Below, in pieces: positions 49,317 to 63,804 of a stretch of 64,000 bases of DNA. Every line of letters begins with the position of its first letter. Position 1 is the first letter of the stretch. The translations under genes and the position numbers were made by a program. The notes below the pieces were generated by a model that made no database searches, had not been told where the DNA came from, and worked only from the letters and a program-made list of their open reading frames with translations. Where the stretch lies: NCBI RefSeq assembly GCF_006345805.1, contig NC_042999.1:59086001-59150000 (forward strand). The letters run 5' to 3'. This DNA is from Octopus sinensis. Taxonomy: Eukaryota.

Positions 49317-50662
49317 TTGGGTTGGCAAGTAAGTTCCCACCGTTTTTAAAAATTTTTATTAATTTTTTTTACGGGTTGGCAAGTAAGTTCCCGCCGTTTT
49401 TAAACATTTTTATTAATTTTTTTTATATAAAAACTAATTAATCAATAATATATTCACCCTTGTTGTTTACAACTTCTTCCCAAAGTTTAACAAAATTTTC
49501 AATATCTCGTTGGAAGACATCACCCGATTTCGACTCGAAAAATTGATCCAACCATGCTCTCAATTCTGCATCAGTATTGAACGAAACTCCGCGAATAGCA
49601 TTTGAAAGAGATCGAAAGAGGTGGAAATCCGTTGGTGCCAAATCAGGAGAGTACGACGGGGTAGGAGCACTTCCCAGCCATGCGTTTGAATGACTTCCTT
49701 GGTCATATTCGTGATATGAGGGCGGGCATAGCCGTGCAGCAGAAGAACTCCATGCTGCTGATTAGGCCTCTTTTCTTGAATAGCCGTGTTGAGTCGTTGC
49801 ATCTCTTGAACATAGAGTTCCGCGTTGATCGTTTGGTTCTGTTCAAGCAATTCGTAATGGATAATCCCTTCCCAGTCCCACAATACGCACAACATCGTTT
49901 TACATGGATGAAGATTTTGTTTCACGCGCGGTGTCGCTTGTTAACCGGAGCTAAGCCATTTCTTACGCTGCTTCATATTGATATACAGGAACCATGTTTC
50001 GTCGCCAGTAACGATTCGGTAAAGAAATCGTTGCTTGTGTCCATGAGTTGAGCGGTGGCGAGCAAGCAAACCAGCGGAGATTGTGGCTCGTTGAATTTTA
50101 TTGGCGTCACTTAAAGTATGCGGAACCCATGCTCCATGCATCTGAACCTTTCCCATAGAGTGAAGATGCTTCTCTATAGCAGTGTGGGAGTATTCCATTT
50201 CCCCTGCCAGTTCCTTGTCGTTTGACGAGAATTTTCGTGCAAAATTTGGTTTAATCGCTCTTCATGGAACTCAACTGGACGGCCAGAACGAAGGGCGACT
50301 TTGAGGTCAAAATTTACTTTTTGAACTTGGCATACAAATCATGAGCAGTTCTTTCAGCTATGGCACCCTCTCCATACACAGCACAAATGTTGCGAGCAGC
50401 TTTTGCGGCCTTGGAACCTTGATTAAAAGCAAAAAGAAGGAGGTGTCGAAAATGCTTGTATTTCTTAACTTGGCATTCCATTTTAATGATCTGAAAATAA
50501 ACAAATATGAACTAAAATTAAACAGAAAAAAAAACAAAACAAAATATATACCAAAATGATTCAAAAATAGAATTCTCGAAAAAGATAGATTCAAACGTTT
50601 AAAAACGCAATAAATTCCGAAATTTAAAAAAAAAACGCGGAAACTTAGTTGCCAACCCAATA
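49317..50662 (-). mobile_element. Near full-length mariner (DD34D-type) with frameshifted transposase
   Basis: TIRs TTGGGTTGGCAA at both ends. Motifs WVPHTL, IVTGDETW, LLLHGYARPH (second Asp mutated) and YSPDLAPTDFHLF. Confidence 0.92.
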
Positions 50663-51719
50663 TAATATGTTTGTTACTGAGTAATATTTGTTTCTTATAT
50701 TCTCATTTAGTAATCCTCAATCCATAAATTTAGTTATAATAGCTTGTTTATCCATTTTATTTGATTGTATTTATTAAGCACTAGTTTAATGTTTGTTTTA
50801 TCGCTTAATTTCAAGCACCATAATGATTATTTTTTTACTGTTTCCCTCCTGCATTCAAGCAGACTAATATTTTATGACGTTGTTTTGGGAAGTTATGTGT
50901 TTATATAATGTGGAATTCGCGCGCACTCGTGTGTGAGTGTGTGTGCGCGTGCAAGTGTATGTTTTGTCTTGTAAGTCTCGTGCAGCACTCAAATATTTTT
51001 TGGTCACGTGTACTTCATTGGATAGAATGATAATGCTAGGTGTCGAAACCATAATGAACACAAATACAGCTGCTGTTGACGGGTTGTCTATGTCCGTTTG
51101 GATTAATTTTTTGTTGTTGCAATGTGTATATATAGCTGTTTCTATGTTCCCCATTTGCTTCGGTTTGGATTACCAAATAAGTATATACAAATAAATAAAA
51201 TCTGATTTCATATTCTAGTTCTAATAATTTCTTTGTAATGCCACCACGTAAAATATATTAAATCTCACATAATTTTATTTCTCGTTTCCAATAAATATGA
51301 CGTCTTATGCGTTATAATGCAATTTCTGTCCATAAACATCTAAATATATTCTCCTTCTAGTGAATGGCGGTGTAGGTTAGTGGTAAACTCCCAGTACAAC
51401 GAGTTTGGCGGGGCTTGAATTTCATAACGTTGAAACAGCTCCCACCCCACAAAAAAAAAATATGGAACCTGTTTGTTCTATAGAAAAATCAATTATTAAT
51501 TAATCAACTTTCGATGCAAATTTGGTTTGCTGTACATTTCTCAGCGGCTACGCAATGTTAAAGTTTTATTTTATATTTCTTTAATCAAAGTTATTGGACT
51601 GCCTTTGTACACTGTAAACGCAGTAATGTTTTTTGATTTTTTTTCTGTGTTTTTTGTGTTCTGTTTTTATTCACATCAAAATTGATTACTGAAAATAACG
51701 ATTTTGGTTTTAAAAACAT

Positions 51720-51909
51720 CATAAACCAACAATGCATATATATGTGTGTATATGTGTATGTGTGTGTGTGCGCGCGTGTGTTTACGCGCGTGTGTGTGCG
51801 TATGTATATGTACGTATATGTACGTAAGCATCTGTATGCATGCATGCATATATATATATACAAATACATATATATACGTACGTACATACCTATGTATATA
51901 TATACATAC

Positions 51910-51962
<53 letters not shown>

Positions 51963-51987
51963 CATATATATAGATACATATATATAT

Positions 51988-52075
<88 letters not shown>

Positions 52076-52125
52076 TAAATATACAAATATATACATATCT
52101 ATATATATATATATACACACACACA

Positions 52126-52200
<75 letters not shown>
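51720..52200. repeat. Compound TA/TG/CTAT microsatellite block
   Basis: Directly visible. Confidence 0.9.
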
Positions 52201-52202
<2 letters not shown>

Positions 52203-52530
52203 GTTTCGGAAAAGAGAGAAGGACAGAGCATAATCCTAATGAAAATTCAATCCTTAGAAAGAAATCAAATACTTAGCTAACAGTTTACAACCAAGCCCAA
52301 GCTGATAGAAGTCAAAATATAATATACACAAAGAAGCAAAATAAAAGAAGCCACAACATAGGAAAAAAAATAATAATAAAGTAAAATAAAGATAATACAT
52401 CAAACTGAAAGACTTAAAAATAGTACTGGATAAAATCAATAGCGTAATTAGAGGAAAGAGGGATGTAGATGATAGGTGAGAGATAATAACATTAATTTGA
52501 CTGTATTCCGAAATAGTTATCTCGAAACCC

Positions 52531-52609
<79 letters not shown>

Positions 52610-52620
52610 TATATATATAA

Positions 52621-52653
<33 letters not shown>

Positions 52654-53110
52654 TTATATATATACTTGACTAGTAACGAATATAAAAAGAAATTTCTCGT
52701 CGATAAGTAAATATTTTGGTAGTCGATCTTTGAAAGTAACTGATTCATATCAATGTATGTTCCATACGAGTGGGCGGAGATGGCGTTGGCGGTGGAGGAT
52801 GGAAATATATAATTAAAAATATGCAAAGGTCATATAGAAAGGTTAGGAAACGCTCACAGAAATCCACCATTGATGTGTCAAGAAAGAATTCTAATCAGAA
52901 TTTGTGCAAGCACCAGTATTAAGATTGATCACCGCAGCATCTGGATATTTTCAGCCTTTAGAGTGACTTTATAACAAAATTTAGTTTAGTTGATTTCTTT
53001 ACTTTTTACTGTATTTTCTTTTTATTTTGTATAGTAAATTAGAAATTTACTATCGCACTGTTAACGTACACTTGTGCATACAAAGCGCATGGAATTGTAT
53101 GTCTGTCTAT

Positions 53111-53169
<59 letters not shown>

Positions 53170-53299
53170 CTTATCCATACACGCATATATACATATTTAA
53201 ACATATCTATGCGTATCTCCTCTTCTCTCTCCTTTTTTGTATATGTATATGTGCGTGTGTGATTGTGTGTGAGCGTGTGCGAGAGAGAAAGTGTGTTTG

Positions 53300-53349
<50 letters not shown>

Positions 53350-53359
53350 ATATAGACAC

Positions 53360-53670
53360 ATATGTTTTGTTTTACTTTCATTATTCGCAAGACTGCGGTC
53401 ATGCTGGAGCACCACCTTGATTTAATTTAAATCTGGTACTTATTCTATCGTTCTGTTTTAAACAAATTAAGAGCGATTTTGAAATGGCAGCAGGTTGGGT
53501 AGGAAAACATGGACAAACCCAAACACGCACATACACACGCATTCGCACATATACGCACATATCACACATACACGCACACAAACACATGCATACACAGGTT
53601 TTATGTACAACAGGCTTCCATAAATTTCCGACTTAGAAATTCATTCACAAGGAATTGATCGGCCCAGGAC
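53360..53670 (-). mobile_element. Diverged SINE family A-like copy
   Basis: GACTGCGGTCATGCTGGAGCACCACC, TACTTATTCTATCG and ATTCACAAGG...TCGGCCCAGGACTA. Confidence 0.65.
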
Positions 53671-54101
53671 TACACACACACACACACACACACACATTTA
53701 AATTGAAATGGATAATTATCAGAACAAGTACTCGATTCATAGGATGTTGAGCAGCAGTTATATTTTTTAAATACAACACAAATAACAAAACAACAGCCGC
53801 ACAATTTTGTTGTAGAAGAGTGCTGATTGTATAATGCTTGTGCTAAATCAACCAACATGAGTACGGGAATACGCAATCATGAAAGAAACTATCAGATTAT
53901 ATAAATTAGTATTACAGATAGTGTAGATATATGATAGGTGATAACTCATGAACGCAAAAATTATAATAAATCCTTTTAAATATTTGGTGTGCAAAAATAG
54001 GGTATTAAGTATTGTACAATAATCTAATAATCTCTTTCGCTATACGCTCATTTGTCTATAGCATTTTGGAGCCTTGAAAGCTATATCTTACTGAAATAAA
54101 A

Positions 54102-54354
54102 AAATAAATGCGCCCTTTGAAAGCCTAACCAGGTTCATGGGCCCGGTTTCCCGGTTTCAATGGCGTATGTGTTCCCTATTGGACGAGACGCCAGTCCATC
54201 GCAGCGTTACTCATTTTTGCCAGCTGACGGGACTGGTATAACGTGAAAGGAAGTGTTTTGCTGAAGAACACAAAGAGTCCCTCGGTCCAGGAATGGAAAT
54301 GACAATCTTACGATCATGATGCTGACACCCTAACCACTAAGCCACGCGCCTCCA
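54102..54354 (-). mobile_element. SINE family D
   Basis: Reverse complement of 61981-62232: tRNA-like head, GGACTGGCGTC central motif, tail GGGCGCATTTATT. Confidence 0.85.
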
Positions 54355-56149
54355 ATTATATCTTATTGAAGTGACACTATTTGTAAGATCCAGCCATAGT
54401 TGTCACCCGAAAACAATTGTATATATTTTTTTCTTAAGCATGTGACACACCAGAATATTTATTTGTGTACTCCAACTGCAATAGCACGTATCTATTTCAT
54501 CGAATTTTTCTCTATCAACAATGTCATTGCTGGACATGTTATTGTAGGTGATACGTTATAGTTCGTTGTTGCTCTTACTTCTTATTGACTGTGCCAGATC
54601 GTGAGAAGAACATTTCTGCACAACACCTGTTGTGTGGTAAAGAGTTATCATAGTGACAAAACGCTACAAGAATGTAAGAAACAGAACTCAGAGGAGAGTA
54701 ACAGTTATTTGCAAAGGAGTTGACTTTTAGAATCTTTCTGATATTATTGCCATTGTTAGTAGTATATAGTAGTATATAATAATACAAAAGTTACACCCGT
54801 CTCTTGACGCCGATTAGAATTATACTTGCATTTAGGGATATGTTGATCTATTTCAGGATGTGAAGTTTCCGGAGAGGTCTGTAACATAAATCTTCTGAAG
54901 CATAGAAAATTCTTAAAAGTTGGAAATTATAGTAGGTTAGTCATCATATCAAAATATATCGCATGTAAATTATAAAAAACGATCCTCACGTGAAAGAAAT
55001 TCAGAACTTCGTCTCTGGAACCTCATTCATGACATCGCACCAACCAGTTCTGAAAAACGTTGAATAATTACGCAGCATACATTCAGAAATAATCTAACGT
55101 GCACAGTTTTCAGGACAACAAGAACCAGCAAGAAACATAAGAGAATGAAATACAAGCAGCAGTTCTTTCTTAACTAGCGAGGTTTAAAACTGAGACATTT
55201 TGTTAACTAGAAAACAATAGGGATCATCTTGCCATGCGCAGTCTTTATATTACTCCTAAGGATCATAGTCTAATTATTTATCCAACCGCAAATGCTGTCT
55301 AACAATCTATGATAAAATGAAACCGTGTATATCTAATAAGGTGGCGAACCGACAAATGAAGTAAACAATGTTATTGTAGTTCCTTGTTATGTATGTCTTT
55401 ACATTGATAAAAACTTGAAAGCAATTTAAAAAACATGTATTGAAAAATGATTCAATTTAATGGCGTTGTTTCATTGAAAGGAGGATTCGGAGTCATATTT
55501 TAAATCTCTTTTAATTGTTGAAAACCCTGCAGGACAAAATATAAGACCCGTCAAAGAGCGGAGGGACTACAACGTAGTGAACGGCCATTCAACTCGTGTG
55601 TTTGTGGAGTGCTTGTGTGTGTATTGTACATATTGCATTCTACACTCTGTGTGTGTGTGTGGGGGGGTATTGTATATATTGTATTTTAGCATGTGTGTGT
55701 ACATATTATATATTGTGTTTTTAAATAGTATATATTGTATGTTAATCTTATTTTTAATTTTACTCAGTTTAATCTCAATTTTTAATTTGTATTTATTTCT
55801 CTTATTTTAGTTTTCTTTTTAATAAATAGACGAGGGGTGGATAGAGCTCCTGTGTTTACCCAAGCTACGGCGAAAGCAATCTGTCTAGGAGAAAGTAACT
55901 CTGAATTTAAATAGTTCACTGCTGTCTTGTAGATAACTTTTGGTTGGGCAAAGACTGGGAGAAGGACACTTTGATATAAAACCTGCGATTGCAAATGTAC
56001 CACATGATGTCGACTTGCTCTTCTTTTTGGATCATGCTTTGTAGTTTAGGGAGTGGAAATGGTTTCTCTGCAAAACGTTTCCTCACTTTAAAAAATGTCA
56101 AGCACCGGTATTGCTGGAGAGGAAAAAGCAATGGACATTTTGTATGTGC

Positions 56150-56672
56150 ATGGCTGGCCGAAGCTTAAAAAGGCACATTTAAATAATAAAAATTCATATT
56201 AATAATGAAGTAAATGGCAAAAAGGACTGGAACATTTTGTTCTATGGTCTGGCCCGGCAGGTGTCCCAGGGCACCACATTCTGGACCCGGTCGTCTTTCT
56301 GCAACTGTGAGTAAATTCAATTTAAGATGCAAGCCTATGAATGTAGGATGATGGAATCTTCGAACGTTATTAGACAATGATTGTCTGAAATCTCGTACAG
56401 AGAGAAGCTTCGCGCTTGTTGCAAATGAGTTACAGCGATATGATGTGGAAGTTGTAGCGTTAGCCGAAACAAGAATTCATGGAAAGGGGAATTTCGTAGA
56501 GAAATCTGCTGGGTATCATTTATTTTAGAGCGATAGAGAGGAGACTTTTCAGCGAGAGTCAGGATTGGGATTTTCTATCAAAGCCACTCTGGCTTCAAAA
56601 CTTGAGGAACTACCATGTGGTAAATTCGGATCGTTTGATGTCTTTAAGGCTGCCATTAAGAAAAGGTCGCAA
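56150..56672 (+). pseudogene. RTE-clade LINE 5' fragment (AP endonuclease N-terminus)
   Basis: From 56337: MNVG*WNLRTLLD...RTERSFALVANELQRYDVEVVALAETRI...AGYHLF*S...RESGLGFSIK, a typical RTE/BovB-like APE start. The 5' boundary is approximate. Confidence 0.8.
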
Positions 56673-56699
56673 TTTCAGAGCGTAGGCTAATTCAATTAC

Positions 56700-56830
56700 A
56701 TCAACACAAGTGTCCAACTGGTGCTTATTTTATCGACTCTGGAAGGAAGAAAGGTAAAGTCGACTGCAGCGGAATTCGAACACGCAACGTAAAAACACGA
56801 CCGAAATTCCGGTAAGTTTTTTGCTCTGTG
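56700..56830 (-). mobile_element. Diverged SINE family B fragment
   Basis: AACTGGTGCTTATTTTATCGAC...AAAGTCGACTGCAGCGGAATTCGAAC. Confidence 0.65.
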
Positions 56831-57190
56831 TGCTAACAATTCTGTCAGCACTGAATTCTTTCCTTCTTTCTTTTTTTTTTGTTTTTAGTATAATATTGCA
56901 AAATGGAAATAAGAAAGAAATATAACTCAGCTAGGGAAGGGAACATACTTTCGATTAATTTACATACTGGAAACAACAGCCAAATCTCTCTTACATGAAC
57001 TCTTGCCATTTCACAAATGCTTTTATATAGACATAAATTTACCTGGTAAAAAAGAAGCATTTAAGAAGGTATAATAGGAAAGCGTTTCGATGAAAGGTTA
57101 ACTCTACCTGCGCAGACTTGACGATAGACATTACCACCACCACAATCACCTCCAGTACCGCCACCAGTACAAACAACAACAACAACAACA

Positions 57191-57559
57191 GTGGAGGCGC
57201 AATGGCCCTGTGGTTAGGGCAGCGGACACGCGCTCGGAGGATCGCGATTTCGATTACCAGACCGGGAGTTGTGTGTGTTTATTGAGCGAAAACACCTAAA
57301 GCTCCACGAGGCTCCGACAACGGGTGGTGGCGACACCTGTTGTTCTCTTTCGCTCGAACTTTCTTTCACTCTTTCTTCCCGTTTCTTGTCCCCGACTTCC
57401 TACGCAACCGCTGAGCCTGGATGCGCATTCATCCATCCGTCGATGCTCTCGGTGTCGGGGGTTGACCTGCTTTCTCTTCTGCGGATCTTACGAATAGCAA
57501 AGGACCACGTTTCGCACTTCTCCCACCTTGCGAGCTCTGGGACGAAGACCGCTTCGCTC
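57191..57559 (+). mobile_element. SINE family C, tail type 2, flanked by (CAA)n
   Basis: Collinear with 37518-37873; (CAA)n lies immediately before and after. Confidence 0.92.
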
Positions 57560-58716
57560 AACAAACAAAGAAACAAACAACAACAACAACAACATAGCGA
57601 AATAAATACATTGGTGAATGGGTTATTCAAAATTTAGAAATGTTTGTTTCTTTAAGCCCGACTGATTCAGTGGGCATATTAGTGTGAGAGCTACACAAAT
57701 GACATTTTTTTTAGCTTCTAACGAGGCTACAAAAGGCTACGCAATTAGGTGAAAGCGATACCTCACTTCTTAATGGGAGAACGTTATAAGTGCCAACCAG
57801 TACGGCGCCGGAAGACTCGAGTAAATGAAGTGCGGGTGTACATACATACATACATACATACATGAATAATTAAATACATATAGACATGCACACACACACA
57901 AATACACACACGCATATGCATATATATATATATTAATTATGAACAGCCGAGGAAGGGATTTCGTAATCAATTTCATTAGCCTGCAGCCGTTTAATGCTCT
58001 CATAACCACTGCAATCAGAGACGAGTGTTTGTGCAACACCTTATAGCTTCCTCGGAACTATCAAAATGAAGTATCGCTATGCCTAAGGGAAATCACTATG
58101 CATATATGCATGCATACACTCATACATACATACGTGTGTATGTATGTGTATTTAATAGCATAGTGATAATACGGTATATCTCAAGGTTTCATGTTCAGGT
58201 TAAGTCAATAGAATATCAGAAAACACAATTCGTAATAAATCGACTTACGCACTCATACACATGTAGATATACGGACTCTTAATCACAGATATACAAAAGT
58301 GCTCACACAATATCTATATATGTATAAATGGATATGTGTATGCGTATGTATGTATGTATGTATGTATGTATGTATATATATAAATATATATATATATATA
58401 TGAAACATAGTAAAAATGGTAATAAAAATAAATTACTATTCCCAGCGACCTAGCACAAAAGACGAATTAGTCATTAGACTATACGTTATTCATATATAAG
58501 TACATTAAAAGGCTTCCAATAAAGAAGCAAGTGCTAGATACACAGAGAGAGGATAAATTCATGAAATGGAAAGAAAATTAAAAACGTTTACCATCTCAGC
58601 CAATTTTGTACTGCAGTTTCGTCTTTTTTTAGCAAATGGATAGAATTCACCTGCCCAGACCAGACTCGTCAGCAAGAAGCATTTATAATCCAAGCCTTTA
58701 TAATCCAAGCTATACG

Positions 58717-58767
<51 letters not shown>

Positions 58768-58821
58768 TATATATAATATATATAATATATATATATATAT
58801 GTTCATATATATATATATATC

Positions 58822-58867
<46 letters not shown>

Positions 58868-58927
58868 GTTCATATATAAATTTGTGTATATTTATTCCTG
58901 TGTGTATACCTGTATGTGTATATACAT

Positions 58928-59287
58928 ATAAAATTAAAATAAGCAACAGGATATCAAGAGGTGATGCAGTACGACCGTTTCAAGCGGCTCCATTGGATTG
59001 AACAATGCAATCATTGCCTCAATTTAAATGTAGGGCTATAGATGTAATGATTGCGGCCGAACTCGTGAGCGCCCGCGCCCCTGTTTTCGGCCCCTCCGAT
59101 TCCTTTCGTTCTCGTTTTTGTTTCCGATCGTCGGCGGCTGCTTCCCGAGCTTCCGCCGCCGCCGCGCTTTGTTCTCTCGAAACGTACGTCGGTGATACCT
59201 GGTTGATCCTGTTCAATAAAATGGAGCCGCTTGAAACGGTCGTACTGCATCACCTCTTGATATGCTGTTGCTTTATTTTGATTTTAT
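58928..59287. mobile_element. Inverted-repeat element with ~77-bp arms and GC-rich spacer; possibly Penelope-like
   Basis: 58928-59004 is the reverse complement of 59210-59287 with ~5 differences. Contains GAAAC-GTAC-GTC (59179-59190) and GAAAC-GGTC-GTA (59233-59244). Confidence 0.65.
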
Positions 59288-59611
59288 TCACCTTACTTTG
59301 AGCTGCACGGATAATACCTCACTGACTTAGTACTTCAACTTAACTACCAAATTCAACTGAATCGCAATTATTTGTTAATATATATATATATAAACAGGGC
59401 ACATGTAAGACGGTCATCAGACGCTGAAGCAAAGTACATGAACTGCGACAAGGCTTAATAAAAGGAGCCTTAGTTATTGGCTGCTATTACATTTTTGAAG
59501 TCAGTGTTGGCAGAAATTAATTCATCTTGCAAATGCACTTTCACTTCGCTAAATTTATACCCGGGCTACGCCCAAACAGCCTAAACAGTCCGAGTAGCCG
59601 AGTCGCCAATG

Positions 59612-59644
<33 letters not shown>

Positions 59645-59687
59645 GATATACATACACACAAACACACACACACACACACACACACAC

Positions 59688-59754
<67 letters not shown>

Positions 59755-60469
59755 GTGTGTGTGTGAGAGTATGTGTGTTTGTGTGTGTACAGTGAGTTAA
59801 GTGGATTATTTCATGTGAATAACAATACGAATTCAACAACGTAGGTTTAGAAAACTGTGTATGATCCAACGTAGTCTTGAGACATAAAATTTATCATTAT
59901 TTTCGTGATACTTCTGTTGTCTGTACTATTGATAGTAATACAGCGACCACATGTTTCAAAATATCCCAGAAATATGTCAAAGAGAATTTATAATATCACT
60001 AATCCGAACCATCACTTGCGTGATTTGAAAGAGTTGAGACGTGATTGACCAGGTTATTTTTAACCGTCATGTTTCTAAATCTTTATTGTTGACACGAAGC
60101 ATGTATCATACAACCGATGCCAGCGCTAAGCTTTATCTTTGAGGCTTCTCATTTAGAGATTGAAGGAATGTATAAGAATTCCAAACAGCAATTTTTCGAA
60201 TCGGAGATATGTTATATTTACTATTTTAACATTCCTCTCTACACACACAATCAGAGCTGCTATTAGGCATGTGTACACTGTGCAGTTGTCCAAGAGTTTC
60301 ATAGCTCTAGGACAACATCTCTGATGTACACATGTTGTATTTTGCCGTGTCAATAAGTAAATAATATCGGGCCCAGTGCACTGAGTTTTCTGGTGGTGGT
60401 GATGGCCGTGGGACAAAATGCTCGTAGGATACCTCCTTACACACTAATAATACACCAATAATGCGTGGA

Positions 60470-61005
<536 letters not shown>

Positions 61006-61274
61006 GGCCTGGAATTTTTCAGCATTAGACTTTAATTGGTTTGTTTTCAAGTATTTTGGTTTTTCTGGGAGTCCCTTTTTAAAGTAGAAGAAATAGTTAA
61101 CGTTATTTTGCTGCCATTTCTAAACTTCGGTATGTGGTAAAGCAAATCTTTGCTGAACCCTAATTATTAAGTATTACTTAAGTTTATCATGAAATGGTCC
61201 TTTTTTTCATGCCGAATTCTACTTGGTGAAATTATTGATTACTTCTTGATTAATTAATTTTACCCTTTGTTATT

Positions 61275-61469
<195 letters not shown>

Positions 61470-61980
61470 TAGGCGTACACATGGTTTTCTTTTTCATATC
61501 CATTTAAACACTTCTAATAGAGAGGCGCACAGAGGCATATGCTGTTAAAAACATATTTATAAATACAAATATGTGCTGAGTTTTCATGGATGTGGAAGCA
61601 CTTCTTTCCTATTATTGCTTCCAGGTCAACACTGGCACGATTTAGATGTGCTTGTCAGGCTCTCAGCTATGAATTAACTAGCATATAAATCCACGTTCCA
61701 CATGAGCGTGTGGACGCAAAAATACCATCGGTTTAGTGTTTGGCTGCGCAGCAAAACCGCTGGGAGTGACACTGATGTTAAACCCTATGGTTTCACGTGA
61801 TTACCAGTCATCTCGATTCGGCTTCTCACAATTTATCTATCTGTCTGTCTGTCTATCTATCTACCTATCTATCTGTATATATTGATATTGATATAAATAT
61901 AGATATACATATCTATATACATATTAGTTTAACTTTGCATCTTATTATTGACCGGTCCAGTAATTGTCACTTATCAACAT

Positions 61981-62232
61981 GTGGAAGCGCGTAGCTTAGT
62001 GGTTAGGATGTCAGCATCATGATCGTAAGATTGTCGTTTCCATTCCTGGACCGGGCGACGCGTTGTGTTCTTGAGCAAAACACTTCATTTCACGTTGCTC
62101 CAGTCCACTCAGCTGGCAAAAATGAATAAAGTTGCCATGGACTGGCGTCCCGTCCAGCTGAGGAACACATACACCATTAAAACCGGGAAACCGGGCCCGT
62201 GAGCCTGGCTAGGCTTTAACAGGGCGCATTTA
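61981..62232 (+). mobile_element. SINE family D
   Basis: Head GTGGAAGCGCGTAGCTTAGTGGTTAGG, central GCTCCAGTCCACTCAGCTG and GGACTGGCGTCCCGTCCAG, tail GGGCGCATTTATT. Confidence 0.85.
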
Positions 62233-63682
62233 TTATTTATTATTATATCTGTGTGCATCTGTCCGTGTGTCTGTGTGTTGCAACATATATTAAATACCGT
62301 GCAAAAAATATTTTATTTATTGAAATCATTTCTCCTTCAAAAAAAAAAAAAGAAAAACGTCTTTTGGTAATTGACACCAATTACAAAGAAGGCGGTAAGA
62401 GTGTATCAAAATTATCTCTAAAATCGACTTGTCATTACGAAAAATGCAGTTTTTATATCTGGCGACAAGAGGATATACTTGATCCTGCCTCATTTTGCTT
62501 TATCAGCACAGCAGTTAAACTACCTTATTTCAGCAGAAGAGACGCTTAGATTTATACAAAAGGCAAGGACAAAAAAAAAAAAGAACCCAATACATTTGTA
62601 TTATTTAAACGGAAATGAGTTAAGAGCCAGCCATAAGGTGGCTTATATTTGAACAACGAGAATTTAAAATCATCTGGCAGGAACTGGAACCAACACAAAA
62701 TGGGAGGCGGTGATAATCTCAAGGATAGTCCGAAGGACTCTCAAGTCTATCCCTGTGTCAGTGAGCGTCACCCGCTCAGTAGCTATCGTATTTAGTCACT
62801 AGGAGAGGAGATATTCTTCGCTACTCTAAGCTCAAGGCCCGAAATATTTTGAGAGGGTGCCAGTCGATTTGATTGACACCAGCAGGAGATGAGATATGTA
62901 GAAAAACATGTGAATCAATCAAACATGGTATACAATAATATTTATCTACATATCACCATTAAATAACTTCAATATTTTGACATAAGTTCTAGGTATATTA
63001 TTAAGATATTCCCAAGAAAACCTTAAATCGTAACAAACATTAAAATATATCGGATATATCCTATAGTAGTGACGCAACAACCTAGAATTTATGCAACTGT
63101 AGTAAAAAAAAAATATCAGTATAGATGGGAAGAACTATATTGCTGAGCATTGACTCAATAAGCGTAACACAATTGAAGACTTCCGAAACATGATTAATAA
63201 TGGCGAACTTTCTCGGATGATTTTTAATATCGTCCGCACATCTCTAACACAAAAACGGCATCCCAAAGGCTAGGCTTTCTCTTTGGAATGAAAAAAAATA
63301 TTTCGGATAATGTTTTATCCTACTTAATCTAAGTAAATGTCGAAATGTATTAAGTAGGATTGCAATATCTATCTCGACTTGATTCCTATCAGTAATATTG
63401 GCTTTTGTAGTAATCATAACTTCTGATCCGAATAGATTATTGTTATCGACTCAGTTCTCAAAAATCCCAGGACAACTGTATGTTTTAAGAACATTTCAAA
63501 TATTGTTAAAAAAAACGACAACAGATTAATGATTTTATTTACTTAGAGCACCTGTGTGCCTTGTTGAATAATATTCGCTGTCATCTCTATTTGAAATGTT
63601 TTTGAAAATATATGAGAAAATATACATGCGACATTAGATGAAAGGAACAAAATAGAATTGGAAAATACGGCCAGAATAAAAT

Positions 63683-63778
63683 ACGGCGACAAAGAATAAG
63701 TTCTGGGGTCGATTTGTCCGACTAAAGGTGGTGCTCCAGCATGGCCGCAGTCAAATGACTGAAACAAGTAAAAGAAGA
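63683..63778 (+). mobile_element. SINE family A tail fragment
   Basis: AAAGAATAAGTTCTGGGGTCGATTTG...GACTGAAACAAGTAAAAGA. Confidence 0.8.
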
Positions 63779-63804
63779 TATATATATATATATGTATACA
63801 TATT

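Noticed and set aside
54575-54787. Cys-containing ORF as a possible exon
   Set aside because: No frame gave a recognisable motif, and splice signals are ambiguous.
59011-59253. 80-aa Gly/Arg-rich ORF
   Set aside because: It lies within the GC-rich spacer of the inverted element; its composition explains the open frame.
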